From NCBI GenBank assembly GCA_963751595.1, contig CAVVVC010000009.1, positions 20,562 through 84,561 on the forward strand: a stretch of 64,000 nt of DNA, in the 5' to 3' direction. The stretch comes from an uncultured Gammaproteobacteria bacterium (GTDB lineage: Bacteria > Pseudomonadota > Gammaproteobacteria > Pseudomonadales > JAHEGP01). Shown here piece after piece: positions 30,236 to 40,816 of this stretch (positions are counted from its first letter, which is position 1; each line of letters begins with the position of its first letter). The notes under the pieces were generated by a model. It was not told the DNA's origin. It saw only the letters and a program-made list of their open reading frames with translations, and made no database searches. Position numbers and translations under genes: made by a program.

Positions 30236-32275
30236 CTATTTTACCCGCATTCCCGGCTGCGCGCCGCTGTCGGGACTCAGTAACCAGATCTCCTTGGCGC
30301 CGGGGCCGGCGGCCAGCACCATGCCCTCGGACACGCCGAAGCGCATCTTGCGTGGTTTCAGGTTGGCGACCATTACGGTCAGTTTTCCCACCAGTTCGGG
30401 CGCGCTGTAAGCCGACTTGATCCCGGCCAGCACCTGGCGGGTCTGACCGCCGAGATCCAGGGTCAGGCGCAATAGTTTGTCAGCGCCCTCGACTTCATCG
30501 GCGGCAACGATTTTTGCTATACGCAGGTCCAGTTTGGCGAAATCCGAAAATTCGATTTGGGCGGCGATGGGTTCGTGATTTTCCGCCCTGGGGTGCTCCG
30601 CCACGGCCGGCGGCGCTTGTGCTGTCATCGCCTCGCGCTGGCTTGCCACCATTTTTTCCAGGCTGGCAGGATCGAGTCGCTGCATCATCGGCTTGAAGGG
30701 ATTAATCCGATGCTGCAGCAGCGGTTCGGGTGGCCGGGACCAGTCCAGGCTGGCATCGAGGAACTCGGCGGCCTTGCCCGCCGTGCGCGGCAGAACCGGC
30801 TGCAGGTAGATCATCAGCACCCGGAACAGGTTGATGCACAGGGAACATACCCCGATAAGCTCCCGCTCCCGGCCAGGCTGTTTGGCCATGGTCCAGGGCT
30901 GCTCGGCATCGAAGTACTCGTTGGTGGCATCGGCCAGGGCCATGATCTCGCGCATCGCCTTGGCATATTCCCGCTGCTGATAGTGTCCGGCAATGACCTC
31001 CCCGGCCACCACCGCCCGCTGCCAAAGCTCGGCGTTGGCCAGCTCCGCCGCCAGCATGCCGTCGCTGCCCTTGGTAATGAATTTGGCACTGCGGCTGGCG
31101 ATGTTGATCACTTTGCCCACCAGGTCGGAATTCACCCGCTGGGCAAAATCCTCGAGATTGAGATCGATGTCATCGACGCTGGCGGTCAGCTTGGCGGCAA
31201 AATAGTAGCGCAGGTATTCCGGGTCGCTGTGTTCCAGGTAGGTCCTGGCGGTGATAAACGTGCCCCGGGATTTCGACATCTTGGTGCCGTTGACGGTCAG
31301 AAAACCGTGGGCATAAATCGCCGTGGGCTTGCGAAAACCCGCCGAGTCGAGCATAGCCGGCCAGAACAGTCCATGGAAGTTGATAATGTCCTTGCCAATA
31401 AAGTGATACAGTTCGGTGTCTGCCTCCGGGGCCCAGTAGCGTTCGAACTCCATGCCGTGTTGGTCGCAGTAATGCCGGAAACTCGCCATATAGCCGATGG
31501 GCGCGTCCAGCCAGACATAAAAATACTTGCCCGGGGCGTCGGGAATCTCGAAGCCGAAGTAGGGGCCGTCGCGGGAGATATCCCATTGCTGCAGGCCCGA
31601 ATCCAGCCACTCGCTGAGTTTGTTCGCCACCTGGCTCTGCAGGCCGCCGCTGTGAATCCACTGCTGCAGTAATCCGCTGAAAGCGGGCAGGTCGAAGAAA
31701 TAGTGCTCCGAGGTGCGGGTTTCGGGGGTTGCGCCGGACAGCGCAGAGCGCGGGTCGATCAACTCAGCGGGGCTGTAGGTGGCCCCGCAGGCCTCACAAT
31801 TGTCGCCGTATTGGTCCGGGGTCTTGCAGCGTGGGCAGCTTCCCTTGATATAGCGGTCTGCCAGGAATAGCTGCTTTTCGGGGTCAAACAGTTGTTCGAT
31901 GTCCCGCTGTACGATGTGACCGTTTTCCCGCAGGCGCCGGTAGATTAGTTCGCTATAGTGGCGGTTTTCCGGTGAATGGGTGGAGTGAAAATTGTCGAAA
32001 TGGACCAGGAAGTCGCCGTAGTCCCGTTGGTGCTCTTCCCGCACCTGCTGGATCAACTGTTCCGGGCTGATGCCCGCCTGCTCGGCCTTGAGCATGATCG
32101 CGGTGCCGTGGGCATCGTCGGCGCAGACGTACAGACAGTGATCGCCGCGTTGATTCTGGAAGCGCACCCAGATATCCGTCTGGATGGCCTCCAGCAGATG
32201 CCCCAGGTGCAGCGAGCCGTTGGCATAGGGCAGCGCGCTGGTGACCAGGATGTGTCGGGTGGACTGTTTACTCAC
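30236..32275 (-). CDS. metG: Methionine-tRNA ligase
   Basis: [13 protein letters not shown], zinc knuckles, KMSKS, C-terminal tRNA-binding domain; GTG start inferred. Confidence 0.97.
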   Translation of the reverse strand: MSKQSTRHILVTSALPYANGSLHLGHLLEAIQTDIWVRFQNQRGDHCLYVCADDAHGTAIMLKAEQAGISPEQLIQQVREEHQRDYGDFLVHFDNFHSTHSPENRHYSELIYRRLRENGHIVQRDIEQLFDPEKQLFLADRYIKGSCPRCKTPDQYGDNCEACGATYSPAELIDPRSALSGATPETRTSEHYFFDLPAFSGLLQQWIHSGGLQSQVANKLSEWLDSGLQQWDISRDGPYFGFEIPDAPGKYFYVWLDAPIGYMASFRHYCDQHGMEFERYWAPEADTELYHFIGKDIINFHGLFWPAMLDSAGFRKPTAIYAHGFLTVNGTKMSKSRGTFITARTYLEHSDPEYLRYYFAAKLTASVDDIDLNLEDFAQRVNSDLVGKVINIASRSAKFITKGSDGMLAAELANAELWQRAVVAGEVIAGHYQQREYAKAMREIMALADATNEYFDAEQPWTMAKQPGRERELIGVCSLCINLFRVLMIYLQPVLPRTAGKAAEFLDASLDWSRPPEPLLQHRINPFKPMMQRLDPASLEKMVASQREAMTAQAPPAVAEHPRAENHEPIAAQIEFSDFAKLDLRIAKIVAADEVEGADKLLRLTLDLGGQTRQVLAGIKSAYSAPELVGKLTVMVANLKPRKMRFGVSEGMVLAAGPGAKEIWLLSPDSGAQPGMRVK

Positions 32276-32459
32276 AAAAACTCCGGGAAAGTCGCGGGCC
32301 GCAGGCGCCAAAAAAGGGCGCTACTATAGCGTTTTAGCGGCCGTTTTTACAGCGCCGCTGCCTTTGGATCGGCGCCGCCGGCGTCATAATACTTGACTTA
32401 TTTAGTCGGCTTTAGGCATAGTCCGGAGCCTGGAAACTCACTGGAGCAGGCTCCCCGCG

Positions 32460-33557
32460 ATGGCCGATTCACGCCGACAACAGATTGAACAGGCGCTCGA
32501 TCAGATTGCTACGCCCTATCTTGCGCAGGGCCTGGTGGCCAGTGGCAGTGTGCAGTCGCTGGTTTTCGAGGGCGATAGTCTCAAGCTCAGGCTGCGCCTC
32601 GGCTTTCCTGCAGCGGGTATTGTCCCTGAGCTGGTAGAGGCGGTGAAGGGGCAACTGTCCGGTGTCGCCGGGCTTACCAGCGTGAATGTCGAGGTGGGCT
32701 GGGAAGTGCCCAACAATTGCGCCAGGCATGCACTGCCGGCCATTGGCGATGTCCGCAACATCATTGCGGTTGCGTCCGGAAAGGGGGGTGTCGGCAAGTC
32801 GACCTGCGCGGTCAACCTGGCGCTGGCCCTGGCGGTGGAGGGCGGCAGGGTCGGCTTGCTCGACGGCGATATCTACGGCCCCAGCCAGCAGATCATGTTG
32901 GGGGTGAGTGACGAGCAGCGGCCCCAGCAGCACGGCGACAAGCATTTACTGCCCATCGAAGCCCACGGCCTGCAGACCATGTCCATGGGTTATCTCACCA
33001 CCAGCAAGACCCCGATGGTATGGCGCGGGCCCATGGCCAGTAGCGCCCTGCAGCAGATGGTGGGGCAGACCCTGTGGCAGGGCATCGACTACCTGGTGAT
33101 CGATTTACCGCCGGGCACCGGTGACATTCAGTTGACCCTGTCCCAGCGAGTGCCGGTGTCTGGCGCGGTCATTATTACCACGCCCCAGGACATTGCCCTG
33201 CTCGATGCGATCAAGGGTGTCGAGATGTTCCGCAAGGTCGAGGTGCCGGTGCTGGGTGTGATCGAGAACATGGCATGGCACAGCTGCAGTAACTGTGGCC
33301 ACAGGGATTTTGTCTTCGGCGAGGGGGGTGGCGATCGACTGGCCCGGGACTACGGCGTCGAGATGCTGGGGTCGCTGCCGCTGTCAAAAGCGATCCGCGA
33401 GCAGGCCGACAACGGCAAGCCCACCGTGGCTGCTGAACCGGACTCCGAAACCAGTGCCATCTACCGGGATATGGCGCGCCGTATCGGCGCCGCGCTGTGG
33501 CAGCGTGCCGGCGATACCGGGGCGGATGTACCCACCATCCAGATGGTTGACGACTAG
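32460..33557 (+). CDS. apbC: Fe-S cluster carrier ApbC/Mrp
   Basis: [27 protein letters not shown]; divergent from metG. Confidence 0.95.
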   Translation: MADSRRQQIEQALDQIATPYLAQGLVASGSVQSLVFEGDSLKLRLRLGFPAAGIVPELVEAVKGQLSGVAGLTSVNVEVGWEVPNNCARHALPAIGDVRNIIAVASGKGGVGKSTCAVNLALALAVEGGRVGLLDGDIYGPSQQIMLGVSDEQRPQQHGDKHLLPIEAHGLQTMSMGYLTTSKTPMVWRGPMASSALQQMVGQTLWQGIDYLVIDLPPGTGDIQLTLSQRVPVSGAVIITTPQDIALLDAIKGVEMFRKVEVPVLGVIENMAWHSCSNCGHRDFVFGEGGGDRLARDYGVEMLGSLPLSKAIREQADNGKPTVAAEPDSETSAIYRDMARRIGAALWQRAGDTGADVPTIQMVDD

Positions 33558-33642
33558 CGCCTGCAGGCAAGGCAACGCTGGTAGCATCCCCGCCGGCCAG
33601 CCGCTATCATGGCCGCTTTTTTCAGCAGGGAATACACCAGCC

Positions 33643-34209
33643 ATGAGCATCAAGTCAGACAAGTGGATACGTCGCATGGCGACCGAGCAGGGTATGATAG
33701 AGCCCTACCAGGAAGGCCAGGTGCGGACCACGGAGCAGGGCAAGATCATCTCCTACGGTACCTCCAGCTACGGCTACGATGTGCGCTGTGCCGCTGACTT
33801 CAAGGTGTTTACCAACATCCACCCCACCGTGGTCGACCCGAAAAACTTCGACGAAAAAAGTTTTGTCGACGTCTCCGGCGATTACTGCGTCATCCCGCCT
33901 AACTCCTTCGCACTGGCGCGCACGGTGGAGTTTTTCCGCATCCCCCGCAACGTACTCACCATCTGTCTTGGCAAGTCGACCTATGCCCGCTGCGGCATCA
34001 TTGTCAACGTCACCCCGCTGGAGCCCGAGTGGGAGGGCCATGTGACCCTGGAGTTTTCCAACACCACCAACCTGCCCGCCAAAATCTACGCCCACGAGGG
34101 CGTTGCCCAGATGCTGTTTTTCGAGTCGGATGAAAGCTGCGAAGTCAGCTACAAGGATCGCGGCGGCAAGTACCAGGGGCAGTTGGGGGTGACCTTGCCA
34201 AAGGCTTGA
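33643..34209 (+). CDS. dcd: dCTP deaminase
   Basis: [27 protein letters not shown]. Confidence 0.96.
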   Translation: MSIKSDKWIRRMATEQGMIEPYQEGQVRTTEQGKIISYGTSSYGYDVRCAADFKVFTNIHPTVVDPKNFDEKSFVDVSGDYCVIPPNSFALARTVEFFRIPRNVLTICLGKSTYARCGIIVNVTPLEPEWEGHVTLEFSNTTNLPAKIYAHEGVAQMLFFESDESCEVSYKDRGGKYQGQLGVTLPKA

Positions 34210-34287
34210 GGTGTTGGCGGCACGGCCCTGCTGACGGTGGCGGTGCGCTGGGACAGCTATCGGGTAATGACCATAGAAGGGTAAAAA

Positions 34288-34641
34288 ATGGATTATCAGG
34301 GAAGCTGCCACTGCGGCGCCATTCAGTTCGAATTCACCGGCCCGCAAATCGACGGGGGCCTGCGCTGCAATTGCTCGATTTGTATCCGCAAGGGTGCGCT
34401 GATGACGGCTTACACCATCGCCCCTGAAGCAATAGCAATAACCGTGCGGGATGACGCGCTGGCGACCTATACCTTCGGCACCGGCGTCGCCCGGCATCAC
34501 TTCTGCAAGCACTGTGGTATCTATACCTTCCACGAGACGATTCGCGCGCCCGGGAATTACCGGGTCAATGTCGGTTGCGTAGCAGGTGTCGATGCCATGC
34601 AAATGCCGGTCACCGTGTTTGATGGAGCGACCCGGTTGTAG
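34288..34641 (+). CDS. GFA family (CENP-V-like) zinc protein
   Basis: GSCHCG, CNCSIC, FCKHCG. Confidence 0.9.
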   Translation: MDYQGSCHCGAIQFEFTGPQIDGGLRCNCSICIRKGALMTAYTIAPEAIAITVRDDALATYTFGTGVARHHFCKHCGIYTFHETIRAPGNYRVNVGCVAGVDAMQMPVTVFDGATRL

Positions 34642-34789
34642 TTTGGTGCATGCACCAGGGCGGCTCGATGCGTCATAGACTGTGCGCGTTACAAGGTTGC
34701 TCGACTCCGGTTCTGGCATCAGCGCCGGGGTTTCGGTCATAATCGTGCTCACAAGTTTGTCGCAGAGAGTTAGCAAGGGGAGAGCACCC

Positions 34790-36307
34790 ATGGCCGTATC
34801 AAGAATACCCCCCCTGGACCTGATGTTCTTCCTGATGGAAACCCCGGCCAGCCCCAAGCATGTGGGGGCGGTGCAGATCTTCAAGCTCCCCGGACGGGCG
34901 CCCAAGCGCTATCTGCGGGACCTGGTTGCAGCCTTCCGCGCGGCACCCGTGGCGCCGCCTTTTAATTACCGGCCACACTTCCCCCGCACGGGCATGCCCT
35001 ATTGGGAGCCGGTGGCGGATCAGGATATGGCGTTTCATGTTCGCCATTCGGCACTGCCGGCACCGGGAAACGACGAGCAACTGCAGGAAACGGTGGCCCG
35101 GCTCCATGCAGGCCCCCTTGAGCGTGATCGGCCGGTGTGGTTTTGTCAGGTTATCGAGGGCCTGAGTGGTGGTCGCTTTGCCATTTACACTAAAATTCAC
35201 CACGCCTGCATCGACGGTGTGTCCGCGATCCAGCGGCTGGGCGCGTCGTTAGCGTCCGGCGCAGCCGATAGCACGGTGCTGCCAATCTGGTCCCACGAAT
35301 CCCACCACGCCGGCAGAGGCGGTCGCGCCCCCCAGGGTGCCCTCGCGGCACTGAACCGCGGCGGTAAGCAGGCGCTCGCCCAGGCAAAGGCGGTGCAGGA
35401 AATCTACGGCGGTTTCGTCAAAATGGGCCTGCAGATACTCAAACTCCACGAGAACCAGGCCCAGCTTCCCTTTGGTGCGCCGCGTACCCGAATGAATGAA
35501 TCGATCCGGCACTCGAGCCGGGAAGTGGCAATGTGTTCGGTGCCGCTGGACCGCGCCAGAGCCCTCGCTGCGACTGCCGGCGGCAAGCTCAACGATGTGG
35601 TGTTAGCGCTGGTCGATGCCGCCCTGGGGGATTACCTGGTGGAGCATGGCGACGCGCCCCAGTCACCACTGGTCGCGCTCTGCCCCATCTCTATTCGCGA
35701 GCAGGATGATGACTCCGCCAGTACCAAGGTGGCGAGTATGCTGGTGCGCCTGGGTCAGCCCGGCGCCGGTGCCGCACAGCGCCTGGGTCAGATCATCGAA
35801 TCCGCTACCGCCAGCAAGGAAGAAGCCCGGCGTATGTCCAAGGAGGGCCTGATGGACTTCGCCCTGGTGCTGGCGGGCCTCGGTGAGTTCCTTGAGCTCA
35901 CCGGGCTCGAACGCACGATTACCCCCTCCTACAATGTGTTGGTATCCAACGTGCCAGGTCCGGGTGCCAAAGCCCTGTATCTCAACGGCGCCAGGATGCT
36001 GGGTTGTTATCCGGTATCGACGCTGCTGCCCGGTGCCAATCTCAACGTCACCGTGGTGACCCTGGGCAACACCATTGATTTTGGGCTGCTGGCCGACAAG
36101 GATGCCATGCCGGGCATTGCCCTGCTGGCCCGGCGCATCGAGGCTCGCTTTGAGGAACTGGAACGGGTTTTGAAATTGGGTAAAGCCATCAAAAAATCCT
36201 CAAAAAAGAAAGGAAAAAAAGCGAAAACACGTGCCGAAAATACGAAAAAAACAAAGACCAAAAAGAGCGTAAGCAAGCCAAGCAGACCCGCGAAGCGTAA
36301 GGGCTGA
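34790..36307 (+). CDS. Wax ester synthase/diacylglycerol acyltransferase with Lys-rich tail
   Basis: PLDLMF, PKHVG, catalytic HHACIDG, NDVVLA, SNVPGP. Confidence 0.92.
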   Translation: MAVSRIPPLDLMFFLMETPASPKHVGAVQIFKLPGRAPKRYLRDLVAAFRAAPVAPPFNYRPHFPRTGMPYWEPVADQDMAFHVRHSALPAPGNDEQLQETVARLHAGPLERDRPVWFCQVIEGLSGGRFAIYTKIHHACIDGVSAIQRLGASLASGAADSTVLPIWSHESHHAGRGGRAPQGALAALNRGGKQALAQAKAVQEIYGGFVKMGLQILKLHENQAQLPFGAPRTRMNESIRHSSREVAMCSVPLDRARALAATAGGKLNDVVLALVDAALGDYLVEHGDAPQSPLVALCPISIREQDDDSASTKVASMLVRLGQPGAGAAQRLGQIIESATASKEEARRMSKEGLMDFALVLAGLGEFLELTGLERTITPSYNVLVSNVPGPGAKALYLNGARMLGCYPVSTLLPGANLNVTVVTLGNTIDFGLLADKDAMPGIALLARRIEARFEELERVLKLGKAIKKSSKKKGKKAKTRAENTKKTKTKKSVSKPSRPAKRKG

Positions 36308-36342
36308 CAAACCCAACCTTTTCCCATGGAGACACCAGCATA

Positions 36343-36705
36343 ATGACCCGCCAGCTGCTCGACGAAAACTCGATTCACCCTGCGATCCGAGACCGCATCG
36401 GTGGCACTGATACCGATACCCTGAAGGAAGTGATCGCCGCTATCGCCGATAACGCCGTGGTGGTCGTGGGTATGGCGCAAAATCCCTACTGCAGGAAAGT
36501 GCGCAAGCAGCTCGACGCGGCGGGGGTGTCCTTCAAGTATCTGGAATACGGCAGTTACACCAAAGAGTGGCAGCGGCGCTTGGTTTTGAAGATGTGGAGC
36601 GGCTGGCCCACGTTTCCCATGGTATTTGTAAAAGGGCAACTGGTTGGCGGTAACAAGGATGTGCAGGCACTGCTGGAGTCCGGTGAGCTGCAAAAGCTGG
36701 TGTAA
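36343..36705 (+). CDS. Glutaredoxin-like protein
   Basis: NPYC, WPTFPMVFVKGQLVGG. Confidence 0.85.
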   Translation: MTRQLLDENSIHPAIRDRIGGTDTDTLKEVIAAIADNAVVVVGMAQNPYCRKVRKQLDAAGVSFKYLEYGSYTKEWQRRLVLKMWSGWPTFPMVFVKGQLVGGNKDVQALLESGELQKLV

Positions 36706-36768
36706 GGGTAGGTCGAGGGTTGGATCATGCCTCGCTAAAACATTAGTGGCTGGTTGCAGGAATAGGCG

Positions 36769-36860
36769 CGCTGCTGCCCGGTCAGGACCGTCTGCAGCAG
36801 GGATGCTGCAGCCGAGCCCCCATGGACGGGTTCACGGCGTGTCCTGACCGGGCAGCAGCG
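36769..36860. repeat. 92-bp palindromic element (MITE/REP-like)
   Basis: Perfect 20-bp terminal inverted repeats CGCTGCTGCCCGGTCAGGAC / GTCCTGACCGGGCAGCAGCG; internal hairpin TGCAGCA-GGGA-TGCTGCA. Confidence 0.75.
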
Positions 36861-36951
36861 GGCCAGCCGTTTTCCGCAGCGGTGTTGTGTTTTACAGAAA
36901 ATAGCCCGCCATTTGAGTGCCCGGCGTAGCGAAGCTTTTCCGCTTCACACC

Positions 36952-37614
36952 CTACAGGTGCGCCCCCTCCGGCGGCAGCCGTTTCCCGTCCAGCAGGGCG
37001 CCCTCGCGGTTCAGGGTCAGTCTTCCCTCGCCGAACCAGTTCGCCACCAGAGGGAAGATGCGGTGTTCCTGCACCAGTACCCGGGCGGCGAGGCTGGCGG
37101 CGGTATCACCGGCCTCGATGGGGACGCGCGCCTGCAGGATGGTGGGCCCGCCGTCGAGTTGCTCGGTGACGAAATGGACGCTGCAACCGGCCTCGGCATC
37201 ACCCGCCTCCAATGCCCGTTGATGGGTATTCAGACCGGGGTACAGCGGCAGCAGAGAGGGATGAATATTGATCAGCCGGCCGCGGAAACGGGCAACGAAC
37301 GGGTCGCCGAGAATCCGCATAAAGCCCGCCAGAATGACCAGCTCTGCACCGAAACCATCGATGCAATCGGCCAGCACGGCATCAAAGGCGTCCCGACTGG
37401 GGTAGTGGCGATGGTCGATCACCGCCCGGTCGATACCCGCGCGGCGGGCCCTTTCGAGACCTTGGGCTTCTTCCCTGTTGGTGATCGCAGCCACGACCCG
37501 GTAGTGGCTGTCAGCCTCGGCCGCGGCGTCAAGCAGAGCCTGCAGGTTCGAGCCCGTGCCCGAAAAAACCACCACCGCGCGGCAGCGTTGGACGCTGTTA
37601 TCTCCGGCGGGCAT
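36952..37614 (-). CDS. purN: Phosphoribosylglycinamide formyltransferase
   Basis: SGTGSNLQA, LAGFMRIL, NIHPSLLP, HFV...LDGGP. Confidence 0.96.
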   Translation of the reverse strand: MPAGDNSVQRCRAVVVFSGTGSNLQALLDAAAEADSHYRVVAAITNREEAQGLERARRAGIDRAVIDHRHYPSRDAFDAVLADCIDGFGAELVILAGFMRILGDPFVARFRGRLINIHPSLLPLYPGLNTHQRALEAGDAEAGCSVHFVTEQLDGGPTILQARVPIEAGDTAASLAARVLVQEHRIFPLVANWFGEGRLTLNREGALLDGKRLPPEGAHL

Positions 37615-37617
37615 CGC

Positions 37618-38670
37618 TTACAGGCCCTTCAGGATGACCGCATCCTGGCCAGCGCCGCGAACGCCGACTTCGCCGATGCGATAGACGGCTTCTCCGGAAG
37701 CCTGCAATTGCGCGATGGCGGCATCCGCCTGGTCGGCCGCCACGCACAGCACCATGCCGATACCGCAATTGAAGGTGCGATGCATTTCGTAGGCTTCGAC
37801 ATTGCCCTGGCTCGCGAGCCAGTCGAATACCGCAGGGCGTTGCCAGCTGTTGACGTCGACATGCGCGTTACAGTCTGCGGGCAAGACCCGGGGTATGTTC
37901 TCCTGCAGTCCGCCGCCGGTAATGTGGGCCAGGGCCTTGACCGTCACCGAGCGCTGCAAAGCGAGTAGCGGTTTGACGTAGATTCGGGTGGGGGCGAGCA
38001 GCGCGCCGGCCAGGGTTTCGTCGCCCATGGCCTGGTTGAGGTCCGCATCGCTGCGTTCGAGAATTTTGCGAATCAGGGAAAAGCCGTTGGAGTGGGGGCC
38101 GCTGGATGCCAGTCCCAGCAGGATGTCCCCGGCCTGAACCCTGCTGCCGTCGATGACTTCGGACTTTTCCACCACCCCGACGCAGAAGCCGGCCAGGTCG
38201 TAGTCGCCGCCGCTGTACATGCCGGGCATTTCTGCGGTCTCGCCGCCGATCAGGGCGCAACCGGCCAGTTCACAGCCTTTGCCGATACCCTCGACGACGC
38301 TGGCGGCGGTGTCGACATCGAGCTTGCCGGTGGCGTAGTAGTCGAGAAAGAACAGGGGCTCGGCACCACACACCACCAGATCGTTGACGCACATGGCAAC
38401 CAGGTCGATACCCACGGTGTCGTGTTGACCCAGGTTCATGGCCAGCCGCAACTTGGTGCCGACGCCGTCGGTGGCCGATACCAGCAACGGCTCCCGATAA
38501 CCGGCGGGGATAGCGCACAGCGCGCCGAAGCCGCCAAGGCCGCTTTGTACCTCCGGCCGGGCGGTGCGCCGGGCAACATGCTTGATGCGCTCGACCAGGG
38601 CATTACCGGCATCGATATCGACACCGGCGTCTTTGTAGCTCAGGCTGGGAGGGGTTTGCTCGTCGCTCAT
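37618..38670 (-). CDS. purM: AIR synthase
   Basis: [30 protein letters not shown]. Confidence 0.97.
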   Translation of the reverse strand: MSDEQTPPSLSYKDAGVDIDAGNALVERIKHVARRTARPEVQSGLGGFGALCAIPAGYREPLLVSATDGVGTKLRLAMNLGQHDTVGIDLVAMCVNDLVVCGAEPLFFLDYYATGKLDVDTAASVVEGIGKGCELAGCALIGGETAEMPGMYSGGDYDLAGFCVGVVEKSEVIDGSRVQAGDILLGLASSGPHSNGFSLIRKILERSDADLNQAMGDETLAGALLAPTRIYVKPLLALQRSVTVKALAHITGGGLQENIPRVLPADCNAHVDVNSWQRPAVFDWLASQGNVEAYEMHRTFNCGIGMVLCVAADQADAAIAQLQASGEAVYRIGEVGVRGAGQDAVILKGL

Positions 38671-38893
38671 GGTGATGGGTCATCGGCTTGATAAAACGGG
38701 GAGGGGATTCTACCAGTTGGGGAGCCGCCAGACCATAAATTGCCGGCGTTGGCTGTTTGAAATTGATCGCGCTTGCTAGAATAGCGCGCCTTGGTCAAAT
38801 GGGGCAGGCGGTATCGGTGACAGAGTCTGGCGGCCTTGAATCATTGCAGTTTTAACCGGTAGCGGTTAGTAGCGGGGTAAATTCTTGATAGAC

Positions 38894-39964
38894 ATGGTGA
38901 GTTGCGGCAAAAAAGTCGCTCTGCTGATTTTGCTGGGGCTCTTCAGCCCGCTGGGTTTTGGGGTCGAGGTGCGTGGCATGTTTCAGGAGTCGGCCACGGT
39001 GAAGGACCAAGGCGCGTCCCAGCGCAAGGCGGCAGCCCAGCAAGCCCTGGGCAAGGTGCTGGTGCGGGTTGCGGGCACCGAGCAGGTGCTGAAGAACGGT
39101 GAGGTGCGGGCCGCGATGAATCAGGCCGACGCCTACCTCCGGCAATTCAGTTACCAGACCAGCGCTGATCAGAGCGAGCCCGCGTTCAGGCTGGACATGG
39201 AATTCCAACCACAGCCGGTTATCGAGATTCTCAAGCAGGCGCAGCAACCGGTCTGGTCAAGTAACCGGCCTGCGGTATTGGCCTGCGTCGAGGTGCAGGG
39301 CTCCGGCGGCCAGGTGATCACTGCAAACTCACGCTCGGCCCCGGTCCTGCTGGCCGAGGCAAAACGTCGCGGCGTACCGCTGCAACTGCCTGCGAGCCGG
39401 GCGGATTGCAATGGTGCCGTTAGCCAGGAGCTGCTGCTCGACGGCAATCTGCAGCTTGATGGCGGTCGCTGTGACGCCCGCTGGTCGATGACCCTGGACC
39501 AGGATGACCAGCGCTGGTCATCGTCAGGCAACAGCCTCGAGGCCTGCCTTGGCAGCGCGGTGGACGAACTGGCCGAGACCCTTTCAGCGACCTACGCCTT
39601 CGCGGCGGTAACCGGATCCACCGCCGGCGAGCCGCTGTTTTTGAACGTAACGGGGATCGATGATTTTTCGGATTATGCCGATGTGGTTCTGATGCTCAAC
39701 AGTCTGGCGATGGTCGATGCCGTCGACGTGGCCGGGGTTGAAGACGGCGCGGTGGACTTTAGCCTCACAGCCAGCGGCAGTGCCGGCAAGCTGCAGCAGG
39801 CCATCGAACTCAAGGGCATACTGGTCGAATCCGAGGCGCCGCCGCCAGCCTACGAAGCGCTGTCGGCACCACCGGGCATCGAACCCGGTTCGACGCCTTT
39901 ACCAGGCTATCCGGCGCCTGAGGCCAAGCCCGAGCGCCTCTACTATCGCCTGGCTTCTCGCTAG
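38894..39964 (+). CDS. DUF2066-family exported protein
   Basis: Signal peptide, VLVRVAG, PVWSSNRP; lies between purM and hda as usual. Confidence 0.75.
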   Translation: MVSCGKKVALLILLGLFSPLGFGVEVRGMFQESATVKDQGASQRKAAAQQALGKVLVRVAGTEQVLKNGEVRAAMNQADAYLRQFSYQTSADQSEPAFRLDMEFQPQPVIEILKQAQQPVWSSNRPAVLACVEVQGSGGQVITANSRSAPVLLAEAKRRGVPLQLPASRADCNGAVSQELLLDGNLQLDGGRCDARWSMTLDQDDQRWSSSGNSLEACLGSAVDELAETLSATYAFAAVTGSTAGEPLFLNVTGIDDFSDYADVVLMLNSLAMVDAVDVAGVEDGAVDFSLTASGSAGKLQQAIELKGILVESEAPPPAYEALSAPPGIEPGSTPLPGYPAPEAKPERLYYRLASR

Positions 39965-39976
39965 CGTCAGCCGCTG

Positions 39977-40687
39977 ATGCAACAATTACCGCTGTCGGTA
40001 ACCCTGCGGGACGACGCGACCTTTGGCAACTTCCAGGCGCTCGCGGGCAATGCCCAGGCACTGCAGACTCTGCGGCGCTTTTCCGGCGCCGACCGCGTCA
40101 TCTACCTTGCGGGACCCCGGGCAAGCGGCCGCAGCCACCTGTTGCAGGCGGTATGCCATGAGCAAAGCGATGCCATTTACCTGCCCATGGCGGAGCTGGT
40201 CGATTACCCCCCCGCCGAGGTGCTCAGTGCACTGGAATTCCAGCCGCTGGTGTGCCTGGATGATATCGATGCCCTCACCGGCAACCGGCTCTGGGAAGAA
40301 GCCCTCTTTCACCTGATGAACCGCAAGGCCGAAGCCGGGGGAGGGCTGTTGGTCAGCGCCTCGCAAATACCGTCCAGGCTGTTCGCAATGCCCGACCTGG
40401 CGTCGCGGCTGCAACAGGGGCTGGCCCTGACCCTGGCCGCGCCCGACGACGAGGACAAGGCCCGCATCCTCATCGCCCGCGGTGACCGGCGTGGCCTGGT
40501 GATTACCCCCGAGGTGGCGAGCTTTGTGCTGCGCCATTATAGTCGCGACCTGTTGCGCCTGATGGATCTGTTGCAGTTGCTCGACAGTCAGTCCCTGAGC
40601 CTGCAGCGGCGCATTACCATTCCCTTTGTCCGCAAGGTTGTCGCAGCAGAACCCCGCGAAAGCCGGCCCGGCCCCCCGCATCGGTAA
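39977..40687 (+). CDS. hda: DnaA regulatory inactivator Hda
   Basis: QLPL clamp motif, GRSHLL, WEEALFHL, DLASRL, ITIPFV. Confidence 0.93.
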   Translation: MQQLPLSVTLRDDATFGNFQALAGNAQALQTLRRFSGADRVIYLAGPRASGRSHLLQAVCHEQSDAIYLPMAELVDYPPAEVLSALEFQPLVCLDDIDALTGNRLWEEALFHLMNRKAEAGGGLLVSASQIPSRLFAMPDLASRLQQGLALTLAAPDDEDKARILIARGDRRGLVITPEVASFVLRHYSRDLLRLMDLLQLLDSQSLSLQRRITIPFVRKVVAAEPRESRPGPPHR

Positions 40688-40816
40688 TTTGTTCCCGGGC
40701 GGCCCACCGTTCTCCGATCAACGCCCAATGGCGCTGATTTTTGCCTCTGATCCGGTTATATTTGGGGCCCGCCCAGCTGCGGGCCCGTTCAATAACAAGC
40801 GCTGTGGAGACTGAAT

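Noticed and set aside
33295-33642. Long N-terminal extensions in the ORF track (dcd, sppA, ffh, rsxE, methyltransferase, Ysc84, 15119 ORF)
   Set aside because: Artefacts of calling the longest ORF; downstream starts match the family N-termini.
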